DNA of 64,000 nucleotides from Giardia intestinalis (Eukaryota): NCBI GenBank assembly GCA_000002435.2, contig CM018791.1; one strand, 5' to 3'. Shown piece by piece: positions 38,442 to 49,200 of this stretch (position 1 is its first letter; each line of letters starts with the position of its first letter). The notes under the pieces were generated by a model. It saw only the letters and a program-made list of their open reading frames with translations, ran no database searches and was not told where the DNA came from. The position numbers and the translations under genes were made by a program.

Positions 38442-41400
38442 TCACGGTTTTTCTTCTTGAATGGTGGAGCCAATTATATAAAAGACCCCGATACCCCGCG
38501 CCAACGAGTCACGCAATCCCGTGATTCTGTCAATAAGCTCGTTCTTTATGTTGGAGAACTTTAGAGACCAGTCGAGCGCAACGTTTTCAAATATAAAGGC
38601 ATTTATATCCGCTTTTATCATGCACTTAAGTATCTTAGTCAGAAACACAACGTGGGAAGCATACTCCTGTTCTGCTGTTGCTTGGGCTCTCGTAGAACCC
38701 AGCTCTTCGTTATCATTGATGAAACTAGTGAGTACGCACAGTCGCACGCGCACCTGGAGCTTCATACTGTTCAGGTTCCTGATAATCTTCAGAGTCAAGT
38801 CTGTGTATTGCAACGTGTTGACCGGGATTCCTGTCTTCTGCGTGATATCATCAATCAGGTCTTTATAGACAACAAGATCCAGCCTTTTTGACGTAAGTTC
38901 CTGCGCTTTTCTGCTGAATCCGACCACCACTGGATCCTCATCAGTCGAGTCAGTGCTCTCGTCTCTTCCGTGCTTCTGTGGCGGTGTTCGTGGGTCATCT
39001 GCCTCATCGGTGGTCTCGTCCGAGTCTACTATAAACCCGTCAAGTGTGGAGTCCACTTCAGTGATAGAGTCGCTTGTGTATGTACTACAATCCAAACTAT
39101 ACGAATTCTCCGTTCCTCCGTCGACAGCATCTGCACCTACGCGGCCGGAACGACCTCCCTTATTCAGCTCAGAGTCTTCTGGACGGGAATTCCCGTGAAA
39201 CCTCCTCACCACATGATCGAAGAATCTGTCCCCTGATGCCGAAGTCGATGTCTTCTTCCCGAGCTCTGCAGAATTCTTACTACTGGCTTGTGGTCTCCAC
39301 TCTAGTGAGCTGCTCAGTATGTCAGTAAGCATGCTATTAAGATGGTCCTGGCGATAAGCAGGGGCGTACTTAAAGCTCAGCTTGTTAATAATTATGGTGA
39401 GGGCTGGCTGGCCAATCAATAGATAGAACAGGAGTAGTATCTCTAGCTTTGTACTATATACTATTGTTATCGTCTCTATATTAATCTTTCTGATTGCTGG
39501 TGAAACACACGAAAGGAGCCCTCCCTGTAGCATATGAATCAGGTCATAAGCTGAAAAGTGTAGCGAAATGATGCAGATCGATGTGCTTCCCTTCATGCAT
39601 TCACCAAACTCATCCTTGTGTAGCTTAGCAAGCAGCCCGATCCCATAGAGCTGTTGGGTGTTGGGTATAACTCCAGGAGCTGGGTGAATGTAGAAGCGGC
39701 GATATTCTTTGGAGTAAATCACAGGCGCTACGGCACGCAGCTGGGAATTTATCATCGGGGAAGCATGCGACCTAAGGAGATTGTGCACACACCGAATAAA
39801 CTTGCTCTCTTTTGAAAGCTGGGAGTCATTCAAACCCATTATCAAGGATGCTCCCCAATCCACAGTGACATCTATGAATGGAAGTAGCTGATGACTAGAC
39901 GTGTTCGCTTTGTTTCTGCAGTTGCAGTCACCTGGATCTGGTACTGTTTTGCTAACATCACTTGCCGTTATCTTTAAAAAGGGTTCAGACAGCGATCCCT
40001 TAGACCCTGTAGTGCCCATATCTGCAGTGCCTTTAATCAGGAGTCTGTCCATGCTTCGAGCGTAATATCCACCAGTTAAGTATGCCTTTACCATGGCCTG
40101 AATGGTGCGCTGGCAGATACTGTGGACATCTTCGTATGCCACATAGCTTGTTATGGCTGCACTGACATTCGGAGGAGAGAGCTCGCGCAACACTGGATGT
40201 TTGCGCAGTGCAGATCTTTTGAGGTCCAGTAGATATACCTTGCGAAGGACCTCATAGCTTATCGAGAGGATGTATCCATTGTAGACTAGGAATGTGTTAG
40301 CATTATCAACGTACTCGTCGATATACCTAAAAATTCTATTATGCTCGAAGAGTCCTGGTAATCGTGTGTAATCAGCGTCAGTGCAGTTCTCGCTAAACGA
40401 TTCTAATGTGCCCATGGTCCGCTTCATTAGCTTATCTATACTGCGCCGCGGGGACGGGTATAGGTTGCTCTCCTCTTCTTCTGAATATGAGGCTGTCTGT
40501 ATGAAGCTCACAGAGCTGTATTCTGTCGAGCTCCCTCTGCCTGGAGCAAGTTCTGCGTGGTTGTTTTCAAGTAGAGCTGCAGGATTCCGCGGGGCAGATG
40601 CATGTGTAAAGGTGATATCTGTCGCAGAAGAATTGAACTCGGGGCTTGCTCTGATCTGAATCTTAATGAGCTTTCGTATCAGCCTTGCTGCCACTTTGTC
40701 GCAGTAAAACGGGGAGCTCTTAGTTGCAAATATGCTCTGGATAAAGCAATCTGGATCGTCTGTATCTTTTGCTGCGTCGCGTGCTGCGCTACATATCTGA
40801 CAATCGCGCATACACAAGAACCTCCTGTAGTTGGTGAAGGGCGTATCACTATCAGTAGAGCTAATAGTGTTGTGTGCTTCTTTATTTCTGGCCACGCTTG
40901 AGGCGGAGATTTCCGACTTGACGAGCTGAGGAATCAGGTTAGTAGATGTACTGCTGAAACTCGACATGGTGCTGTCGAAGTATGTACGGCGGACAAGTGT
41001 ATACAACTCTGCTAGGTGCTCGTGGAGCATCAAGCAGTCATGGTTCTCTCTTGCCTCGTCAAACATACCTTCAAAAAACCGGCTATTCATCAATGCATCA
41101 TATGGAAGGCATAACACTAGCGGCGTTTCTATCACTGAGATGGCTCCTGTCTTCTTTTTATTGTAGGATAAGATGATGGCGCGAGATGTGGGCGGCAAGA
41201 TAAATGTGAGCTTAATGAGTCCAGACGGCACCGTGTGGAGCCTTTTCTTCGAATACCGGCGTTTATATAGATTGCTATCTTTGGCTGATGGTGTTATACG
41301 CAAAAACTTTAATAGGTGATTGAAGTTGGGCAGCAAAACAACGAGCTCCTTCTCCTTTAGTGCGTCTAGCTCTATAGTAATTTGGTGCGTCTCTACAGAC

Positions 41401-42326
41401 GGCGTTCCTGATTGTTCTAGGTATGAAATTAGCTTTCGCATAATGAGATTAAAACTGAGAAGGGAAAGTGCTAAGGAAGGAGAGTATATTAGTCCCTCAC
41501 GGCTGCTAGGGGTGCTTTTGGCATCTGTTCTGTCCAGCCTAATCTGATCTTCTTCAAAGCATTTGGTGATTCTGGAGAAAAACGCCCTTGCTCGCCGATG
41601 GGAGATGTTAACTAATTTATTTCCCCCCAAAGATTTGGCTATTAAAAGTAGGCAGAAGTACATATAGACTATGTACTTTGGAACCATGTAGAGATTCTTA
41701 AAGTTGCTGTTGTCCTCAAGAAGAACGTGTACGGTTGGGGGCAGTGAAAAGCCATGGGTAACCTCTGGAGTAAACAGGAAGGGATATCTATTCGAAGAAA
41801 CCTGTGCAGGCGACGCATAAAAGCTTTGCAGCAAGCGGCTATTCACGGTAACTTCTAGCCAATATAACCTCGAGTGCAGCAGCCTGAAAATCTCTGGAAT
41901 GGCAGAATCACAGGACAAGTGTGTTAAGGAGATGACCTTTTGGATTGACTGCAGAGTGCTGGCTTGGGTGTCTATAGTGATGTTCTTGAGCCAAAGGTTG
42001 CGAAGGCCCTTCCGTGGCTCGTTCAAGTGACTCAGTAATTGCCCCAAGCACTCCAGTGAATCAAATCGGAGATTTGCTAGCCGCAAGCGTGAGACAGCTA
42101 AAGCTTTTGCGCTGCTGAGAGGGGATGATCGTATGTACCCGTGCGAAAGGTCCAGGCTCTCTAAGCGCACGTAGTGAATGAAGATTTTCTGCAGTCTCTG
42201 AAATACTTGAGAACTTGTCAACTCCTTGTCATCTAAAGATATGCTCAAGAGAGCAGCATAATTTAATGACTTAGGGGGGAAATGAATCTTTGAGTCAACG
42301 TAAACCGGAAAGAGTAGGTAGTTCAT
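38442..42326 (-). CDS. Large hypothetical protein (1294 aa) with an N-terminal leucine-rich-repeat-like region
   Basis: ATG at 42326 with initiator CGTCAAAATTTTAGATTATG. It lies 21 bp from the divergent ATG at 42348. LRR-like segments occupy the first 200 aa. No enzymatic motif seen. Confidence 0.6.
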   Translation of the reverse strand: MNYLLFPVYVDSKIHFPPKSLNYAALLSISLDDKELTSSQVFQRLQKIFIHYVRLESLDLSHGYIRSSPLSSAKALAVSRLRLANLRFDSLECLGQLLSHLNEPRKGLRNLWLKNITIDTQASTLQSIQKVISLTHLSCDSAIPEIFRLLHSRLYWLEVTVNSRLLQSFYASPAQVSSNRYPFLFTPEVTHGFSLPPTVHVLLEDNSNFKNLYMVPKYIVYMYFCLLLIAKSLGGNKLVNISHRRARAFFSRITKCFEEDQIRLDRTDAKSTPSSREGLIYSPSLALSLLSFNLIMRKLISYLEQSGTPSVETHQITIELDALKEKELVVLLPNFNHLLKFLRITPSAKDSNLYKRRYSKKRLHTVPSGLIKLTFILPPTSRAIILSYNKKKTGAISVIETPLVLCLPYDALMNSRFFEGMFDEARENHDCLMLHEHLAELYTLVRRTYFDSTMSSFSSTSTNLIPQLVKSEISASSVARNKEAHNTISSTDSDTPFTNYRRFLCMRDCQICSAARDAAKDTDDPDCFIQSIFATKSSPFYCDKVAARLIRKLIKIQIRASPEFNSSATDITFTHASAPRNPAALLENNHAELAPGRGSSTEYSSVSFIQTASYSEEEESNLYPSPRRSIDKLMKRTMGTLESFSENCTDADYTRLPGLFEHNRIFRYIDEYVDNANTFLVYNGYILSISYEVLRKVYLLDLKRSALRKHPVLRELSPPNVSAAITSYVAYEDVHSICQRTIQAMVKAYLTGGYYARSMDRLLIKGTADMGTTGSKGSLSEPFLKITASDVSKTVPDPGDCNCRNKANTSSHQLLPFIDVTVDWGASLIMGLNDSQLSKESKFIRCVHNLLRSHASPMINSQLRAVAPVIYSKEYRRFYIHPAPGVIPNTQQLYGIGLLAKLHKDEFGECMKGSTSICIISLHFSAYDLIHMLQGGLLSCVSPAIRKINIETITIVYSTKLEILLLFYLLIGQPALTIIINKLSFKYAPAYRQDHLNSMLTDILSSSLEWRPQASSKNSAELGKKTSTSASGDRFFDHVVRRFHGNSRPEDSELNKGGRSGRVGADAVDGGTENSYSLDCSTYTSDSITEVDSTLDGFIVDSDETTDEADDPRTPPQKHGRDESTDSTDEDPVVVGFSRKAQELTSKRLDLVVYKDLIDDITQKTGIPVNTLQYTDLTLKIIRNLNSMKLQVRVRLCVLTSFINDNEELGSTRAQATAEQEYASHVVFLTKILKCMIKADINAFIFENVALDWSLKFSNIKNELIDRITGLRDSLARGIGVFYIIGSTIQEEKP

Positions 42327-42347
42327 AATCTAAAATTTTGACGCGGG
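42327..42347. promoter_or_regulatory. 21-bp shared AT-rich spacer between the divergent start codons 42326 (-) and 42348 (+)
   Basis: The sequence reads CAT-AATCTAAAATTTTGACGCGGG-ATG. Confidence 0.35.
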
Positions 42348-44753
42348 ATGGCACTCAAACGAATCTTATCGGTCAAGAATCTCAAGCCTCTTTGGGAGGA
42401 GACCACCATGGTGCGGCAGTGTACTAACTCTCGAGTGTTATGTTGCTATAAACTCGAAGACAATGAGGTGGACGATGACGAGAAAGCGCACCTCAAAACG
42501 CGTCTAGACCTTCTACTCACCGTCCGGCACCAGGGGATGCGCCTTATTTATGAGCCCACTAGTCCGCCTTATCTGTTCTACGCCTACTGTGGCGGGGGCA
42601 GTCTTCAAGATGCCTTCAAGAGCCATATTCTTCAAGAGACGAAATTCTCGCGTGACGAAATTTTGGACATGTTGTATCAACTTGCAAGCTTGTGCATCTT
42701 TTTGTACGAGTCCCAGACAGGCATACTGGATGAAAATAGCATAATCATAGATCCTCGATGCATATTCTACGATGATTACGGTATGTTGCGGGTGGAGTTC
42801 GGCTGCCCAATGTTCAAGATGGTCCATGTAAAGAAGAAATTTACAAGCACTGCAGATGCTGGAGATGTTGTGATGATGACATCTCTCCCCTTGCCCGATC
42901 TGTTCTACGATATGAGTGGCGCTATCGATCCAGAGTCTATGATGGGTGCCAACATCTTTAACAGAAGGGATAACTTCTCTGACATCGCATCGGATACAAG
43001 TGCATCGGTATCTGAAGTAGCAATGGCAGACTCTTCAACCAATGCTATCACTAACTCAGAGCATAACTCCAGTGTTCAGTCTAACACCCAGTCTAACGCC
43101 AAAGCCTCTAAGTACCTGCATGACCCCCTGACTCCTTACAGGCGGCAACCATTAAACACTGATATCTGTCACCATGATCGGTATGTACCACCAGAATATT
43201 ACAACCAACAGCAGGACACGCCAGAAGGTGTAGTATGGAGTATTGGGCGGCTACTCTATGATGCCTGTCAGCTCACTGGATCAATTCACAAGACTGCTCT
43301 TTCATCACTGGATAAGGAGTACTACACAAAGGGACTGGACAAGGAATACGGAGCAGATTTAGCCATCCTTCTACGTAGCATGATGCAAACTAATTACAGG
43401 AAGAGGCCTACCTTGAGTTACATCTTGAATCTGCCCCTTCTCATGGGTGCTCGAAGGAGCTTTGAGGAGAGACACGGTATTGTGCGAACGGCTGACGGAA
43501 ATACACAACTTATGATCGCAGCTGCTGAGGGGGACATTGCATCCGTCCGGAGATATCTCTACCAGCGATGCTACAGGAATAACCGGGGGGAAACAGCTCT
43601 GATGCTTGCTTTGAAGCACGGACAAGAGGACGCAGGGCTTTTGTTAGCAGATGAAGAGTGTGGATTTGTGGATACAGATGGCAATTTCGGGGCCAAGTAT
43701 GCTCTGTCTAATAGTATAAGTACAGTGTTTCAGAAGCTATCTGTGACAGAGAGGTTCCTCCTAATTAAGTACGGTATTACACACTTGATGATTGCTGCCA
43801 CCAGCGGCGATGTTGCAGGCGTATCCTCCTATCTGGAGGGCAGCGCAGGCTTGGTCCTCAACGGACCAGGAACGACAGCGCTAATGATGGCGGCGTCTGT
43901 TGGTTCGACAGGATGCGTGGAGCAGCTTGCGGCATACGAGGCCCGGATACAGGATGCCAAGGGAATGACCGCCATGATGCACGCTGTACTTCGCGGACAG
44001 ACCGATGTGGTCTGCTTTCTGAGTCAATATGAGGCTAATTATTTGGATAATAACGGTATCAGCGCCCTTATTCATGCTGTCTATGAGCATGAACGGATAA
44101 AAGAAAAGATAAGACAGGAAACTAAAGCCATCCGGCCCGGGAATATAGGCGTGTTGAGTGCCAGGTGTGGGCAGTTGCTTTATATTATTTCGCACCTAGC
44201 ACCGTTGGAGGCGCGTCACAGAACCTCTGGTGGCTACTCTGCACTTATGCTCGCGGCCCAGTATGGAAATATTCGCGCTGTTGAGTCACTTCTTAAGTAC
44301 GAAGGTGGACTGCAAGCAGAGGATGGAACAACTGCCCTTATGCTAGCTATCCGCTATGGGTACACATCTGTTGCTAAAGTTCTGGTACCAATTGAGGCGG
44401 GGTTAACTACCAACGGTAAAAGCACCCAGGGGGACAAGTACACTGCACTTATGGAAGCTGCTGTATGTGGGGATCTGGAAATTGTCAATGCTCTTGCTCC
44501 AAAAGAAGTCCATATCGTACAGACCCCAACAACGAAGTTTCCTGCCGGGAAGACAGCTGCAGATTGGGGCACAGAGTCAGCTGTCTCCGTGGACACAAAA
44601 ACAAAGCAAGACGTTCTCTTTGCTCTGATGATCTACCAAGAGCGTGTAAAACTTGCTGATTCACCCGTCCAAAAGACATTCAAGGAGTTCCTTATGCTGC
44701 TATCTCCACTTATAGTTCTTTTGGTCATGCTTCTACGCAAATATGCAAGATAG
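42348..44753 (+). CDS. NEK-like (predicted inactive) kinase domain fused to a long C-terminal ankyrin-repeat array
   Basis: The N-terminal 330 aa has a kinase-fold layout but lacks HRD and DFG. A region resembling the NEK activation segment (PPEYY, VWSIGRLLYDAC) remains. At least ten ankyrin repeats follow (GNTQLMIAAAEGDIASVRRYL, GETALMLALKHGQEDAGLLL, GTTALMMAASVGSTGCVEQL, GMTAMMHAVLRGQTDVVCFL, GYSALMLAAQYGNIRAVESLL ...). There is a C-terminal hydrophobic tail. Confidence 0.7.
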   Translation: MALKRILSVKNLKPLWEETTMVRQCTNSRVLCCYKLEDNEVDDDEKAHLKTRLDLLLTVRHQGMRLIYEPTSPPYLFYAYCGGGSLQDAFKSHILQETKFSRDEILDMLYQLASLCIFLYESQTGILDENSIIIDPRCIFYDDYGMLRVEFGCPMFKMVHVKKKFTSTADAGDVVMMTSLPLPDLFYDMSGAIDPESMMGANIFNRRDNFSDIASDTSASVSEVAMADSSTNAITNSEHNSSVQSNTQSNAKASKYLHDPLTPYRRQPLNTDICHHDRYVPPEYYNQQQDTPEGVVWSIGRLLYDACQLTGSIHKTALSSLDKEYYTKGLDKEYGADLAILLRSMMQTNYRKRPTLSYILNLPLLMGARRSFEERHGIVRTADGNTQLMIAAAEGDIASVRRYLYQRCYRNNRGETALMLALKHGQEDAGLLLADEECGFVDTDGNFGAKYALSNSISTVFQKLSVTERFLLIKYGITHLMIAATSGDVAGVSSYLEGSAGLVLNGPGTTALMMAASVGSTGCVEQLAAYEARIQDAKGMTAMMHAVLRGQTDVVCFLSQYEANYLDNNGISALIHAVYEHERIKEKIRQETKAIRPGNIGVLSARCGQLLYIISHLAPLEARHRTSGGYSALMLAAQYGNIRAVESLLKYEGGLQAEDGTTALMLAIRYGYTSVAKVLVPIEAGLTTNGKSTQGDKYTALMEAAVCGDLEIVNALAPKEVHIVQTPTTKFPAGKTAADWGTESAVSVDTKTKQDVLFALMIYQERVKLADSPVQKTFKEFLMLLSPLIVLLVMLLRKYAR

Positions 44754-45048
44754 ACTACTTGCTACGTCTTCTTGCCCACGAGGAAGGACGGTAGCCTCAG
44801 GTACTGGCTCATAAACTCTCGCTGCGTCCTCTGTGAAAGGGTGGGTTTGCACCCCAGCTGAGAGACACGTCCGTGCCAGCGGGGTGTTGTGACAAAGATG
44901 GGCTGGCCAAGTGCAACTTGAAATCCATTGCAGTAGTGCCCGTCGCAATCGTGGAGAGACTCTCCGTCGTACCGAGGATCTGGCGGGAAGGCATGTGGAC
45001 CGCTGGACCTCTCAGTCATCCCCTTCCTGCACCTGTGACACGTCCTGG

Positions 45049-45774
45049 GTGTCCATGGTTCTGAGGCCTGTCTGTGCATTGTGCACGGACTCGTGTGCTG
45101 TCTGTAAGGATGGCACACCAACCGGCTGTCAGCAGTGCAGCCCCGGCAAGATCCTGAACTTCTCGATCGCCTCCAGTGAGAGTGCAGACTGCGTTAGCCA
45201 GTGTTCTGTTGGTAGTGAGTGTGCAGAGTGCGTGGGGGAGCTCTTCGTGAGCCTGGACGGGCAGTCGTGCCTGGAGGAGTGCAGCGGGGACAAGGTAGTG
45301 GGAGAGGTGTCCGGCGGCGTGCGGAGGTGCTGGTGCGAGCGGGGCTTCCTGCCGGCGCTGGACAGGTCCGGGTGTGTGCTCCCAATCGAGTGTCCTCCTG
45401 ACATGCCGTCGTGTGCTGCCTGCGATGAGTCGGGCAGGTGCCTCTTGTGTGCCACCTCGGGCCACAACGTTCAAGTAGACCAGCGGACGTGTGCAGAAGG
45501 GTGCGGTGCCAGGGCCTCATCGAACCAGGGGGTGTGTATGTGCGAGACTGGTACAATTCTTGATAAGGGCGTCTGCGTCCCAGCCAATGATGTAGCTAAA
45601 AGAAAAACGGCGGCAATCGCAGGAGGGACGGTGGCCGGGGTAGCTGTCATCGGCGTTTTGGTTGGTTTCCTTTGCTGGTGGTTCATTTTTAGGGGCAAGC
45701 GCACCAGTGCCCCATCAAATGCTACGTCCATCACGCTGAGTCTACGTGGTAACACAGTGCTCGCCAATGCATAG
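45049..45774 (+). CDS. Cysteine-rich membrane protein fragment, VSP / high-cysteine-membrane-protein (HCMP)-like; probably a truncated or pseudogenised copy
   Basis: Multiple CXXC / CXC motifs (CALCTDSCAVCKDGTPTGCQQCSPGK; CVSQCSVGSECAECVGE; CAACDESGRCLLCATSG; CAEGCGARAS..GVCMCETG). A single C-terminal TM helix (AIAGGTVAGVAVIGVLVGFLCWWFIF) is followed by RGKR plus a 27-aa tail. No signal peptide. Upstream cysteine-containing codons lie in a different frame (44837-45064, frame of the GTG ORF 44873) with no ATG. The track ORF starts with GTG at 44911; the first ATG is at 45049. Confidence 0.45.
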   Translation: MSMVLRPVCALCTDSCAVCKDGTPTGCQQCSPGKILNFSIASSESADCVSQCSVGSECAECVGELFVSLDGQSCLEECSGDKVVGEVSGGVRRCWCERGFLPALDRSGCVLPIECPPDMPSCAACDESGRCLLCATSGHNVQVDQRTCAEGCGARASSNQGVCMCETGTILDKGVCVPANDVAKRKTAAIAGGTVAGVAVIGVLVGFLCWWFIFRGKRTSAPSNATSITLSLRGNTVLANA

Positions 45775-46075
45775 GTCCGACAAGCAGCAACTGTTGTCGA
45801 TGCACAGACTGAAGGTCGTGCTCTATGTCCAAGTGAACGGTTTATGCGCTGACTCTCTGCTCCCTACAAAGAAACAAAGGCCTTTCTACTAGAGATGAAC
45901 TACCAATAGAGGAAGTCGATGAGTCTCCGACTACTACAACCACAGCTGCAGAAATACCCGTTATGGCGCTAGCAGAAAGGTTGGGATCGGTGAATATGCA
46001 CTTGTCATCATCCAACCTGTAGTCGTCCCCGCGCTGATAGTGCCTGCTATCTGTGTTACACCTGACATTCAATTC

Positions 46076-46093
46076 ATTCGGTTGCAACCGAAT
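46076..46093. repeat. Perfect 18-bp palindrome ATTCGGTTGCAACCGAAT in the 444-bp intergenic region upstream of BMS1
   Basis: Read directly from the sequence. TTCGGTTG|CAACCGAA is exactly self-complementary. Confidence 0.6.
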
Positions 46094-46218
46094 AAGTCAG
46101 CTGGTGACGACCCGTACTGAGCAACCTACCAACTCGTGGCCGACAGGGCCATCTCGATGAAGCAGAGTAAACCAGTGAGTATATTTAAAAAGAAAGCGGC
46201 AAGTCCCTAATAATTGAA

Positions 46219-49200
46219 ATGTCTGAGCGTAAGGTGACAGATGAGCAGGAGAACACGAAGCACAAGGCAACGAAGAGCACACGCGGTCGTAAGAACAAGC
46301 TGAAGAAGCGCGAGAACGTTCGGGAGGCCATTAAGGACGGCACTCGGCCACACCATGTGAACATGAAGGCATACAGCTTTAAATCCGTTGTAGCAGCGCG
46401 GAGAGTAATACAACGACAGGCCAATGCGCTTCAGAAGGCTGCAAAGCTGCCGTATGTGGCGCGCTACGGAGACTACCCGCCTCCGGACCTGGTTGCGATT
46501 ATAGGCCCGAAAGGTGTTGGAAAGACGACACTCACCAAAGCCCTTGTCAAGGTTGTAGGTGGGTACTCCATATCAGACCCCACAGGGCCGATAACAGTTG
46601 TGGCATCCAAAACAAAAAGAATTACCTTCTACGATGTGCCCGCATCTATACCAGCGATTCTAGACATATCGAAACTTGTCAACTTGGTCATCCTTGTTGT
46701 GAATGCAAAGATTGGCCTCGAGGTTGAGCACTATGAGTATCTTAACATACTCCAGGCCACTGGGTTTCCCCGGGTCTTCACCGTTTTCACGCACTTAGAC
46801 GAATTCCATAAGATCAAAGCTTTGCGGGGTGAAAAGTCTCGGCTTCGAGAACGCATTTGGAAGGAGGTCCACCCAGGATCCCGGGTATTTTACATGAATG
46901 GGCTGGCGTACGGAAGGACATACCATAAGACAGATATAGCCCTTCTTGCACGTATTCTGTCACGGCAAGAATATAAGCTAGGTCTCAATTGGCGCGATAA
47001 TCACGCCGGCGTTCTGATAGATCGTATCGAGGATATAACGGACCCCGGACTTCTGAGCAAGGTTAATCAAGAGAAGAATAAGCTCGTCAAACACACGCTT
47101 CTTGTCTATGGTTATGTTCGAGGGACATATATGGATCCTGCGCAGCATTTTTGCATTCCAGGAGCGGGAAACGTCATCGTCAAATCAATGAAGCAATTGC
47201 CAGATCCCTGCCAGTGTTTTGAGCAGCAGAAAAAGGATGGAGAAGGCCGTCGCTCGCTTTCCTCTAAGACTAAGACAATATATGCACCGTTCAGCAACAT
47301 GGGTGATGTATTCCATGATAAAGATGGCCTGTGGTTGCGAGTACACGAGACAGGTGTGCGCTGGAAGGACGAGAAAGAGGATGATCTTCCTACTGGTTTA
47401 AAAATGCTGCGAAACTTAGAGAACATCGACCCTAAAGAAAGAGACAAAGCCGCGCTTGGCATCCGTCTTGTGGATGACTCGGATCAAGAGCTGGATTCAC
47501 AACAACACACAGAGGACATAGTGCAGGCTTCGGAAGCAGACACAAAGGAGGAATCAGCGTCACAAGCTCAGGACGAGGAATATGAAACAGAGGAGGAGCA
47601 ATCTAGTGACGGAGAAGAAAATGCATTTCTTAAGGAGGCACAATTGGTCCAGCAAAGTAGCCACGTTAAGCAGACAGAGCATGCTGCCGAGCATTTAAGT
47701 TTTGAGGAAAGTAGTGATAACATTGCAGACATTGATTACGATATAATGATGGCTGGCAAAAAGGAAAAGATAGCTAACAGTGATTCGTCTGAGATAACTG
47801 GTAGCGACGGCGTGTCTAATGAGAACCAGAGTGAGGGTTCCTCTAGTGACGAATCCACGGGAGGCAATACCGGCGTAACAACTGAAAACCCGTACGCATC
47901 CATCCATCTGGCAACTCCAGTGGGGGCTAAGATTGCATTGGAGGACCTTGTCTATAACATGGATGGGATCTTAGCAGAAATGAAGACGAAAGGATTATCG
48001 CCAGCTATGACGCATACAACGAGATCTGCTGCCATAATGTCCAAACTGGTCCCCTTGTTTGACGACGATGGCCCTGACATCTACGGTAGCTCTGCGGCAA
48101 CCATAGATAAGTTCTCACTACTGCCAATCTATGACCCTGGAAAGGCTGTGCAGTACGATGGGGCAGTTACAAAGTCAGGTGGATCGGCGCTCTATACCGG
48201 TATCAATTTGGCGGGGAAGAACTTCTACAAGCTGGAGTCCCACAGAGACATCAGCAACATAATACCTAAGGATGCCGCCTACTCTCAAGCGTTTACAGAA
48301 ACACTTCAGGGTTCAATCAAAAAGCAGCTTTCAGGCCTGCGCCTGGCCGACCTTGACTGGAAGAGAACAAAGAATAGTGTGTGTACCGGCGATTGGGACA
48401 TGGCCAAAATTCTAGACGCCGTTCTACACGGTGAAGTATACAAAGGAAAAGAGCATCAGAAGGATGGAGCTGGTGGTGTCCATATTGCAGAGGATGGTGT
48501 ACTCGAGATAGGCTACCAAACAGGTTCTGAAAAGCCTGCTGATGCTGATGCAACGGAAACAAACGCCTCAAATGCTAAATCCCAGGTCGGCCTAGAGTAC
48601 ACTATTCCTCAGTCGAAGCGCGGGAAGCACGCCAACCCGTCCGCTGCTGACAAGAAACTAGCAAATGATACAAACGAGCTTCTCGAGGGCCTGGAGCTGA
48701 ACAACGATGGTATGGAGAAGAATCAGCGAGAGGCAGATGAGGTCAAAGAGAGGAATGCAGCGTTCACCAAGAATTTCACTGACGAGTCTAGGTTCCCACC
48801 CGGGACGTATCTTCGGATTGAGCTAGAGGGAATAGACCACGAGTTTGCCCAAAACTACTCATCAATTAACCCGCTAGTTCTGGGGGTTGTGCTGCCCGGC
48901 GAGCAGAACTATGGGTACATAACCGCCAAAGTAAAGAGGCACCGCTGGCACGACAAAATCCTCAAGACCAAGAACCCAGTTTTTGTGTCGTGTGGTTGGA
49001 AACGATATCAAACCATTCCATACTACTCCATGGAGCAGCAAGGATCGATGGCAGACATCAACACCGACGAGGTGATGGAGGCAGGCAGACACCGGATGCT
49101 GAAGTACACGCCTGAAAACATGTATTGCTACTGCACCTTCTGGGGCCCGATTGTTCCAGCAAACACAGGATTTCTATTTTTCGATACGATTGATGATACA

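Noticed and set aside
44762-45767. Multiple minus-strand and off-frame ORFs over the VSP/HCMP-like fragment (44762-45121, 45016-45474, 45129-45467, 45194-45556, 45471-45767)
   Set aside because: They are GC-rich antisense or off-frame readings of the Cys-rich coding sequence. Their products are Arg/Pro/Ala-rich and featureless.
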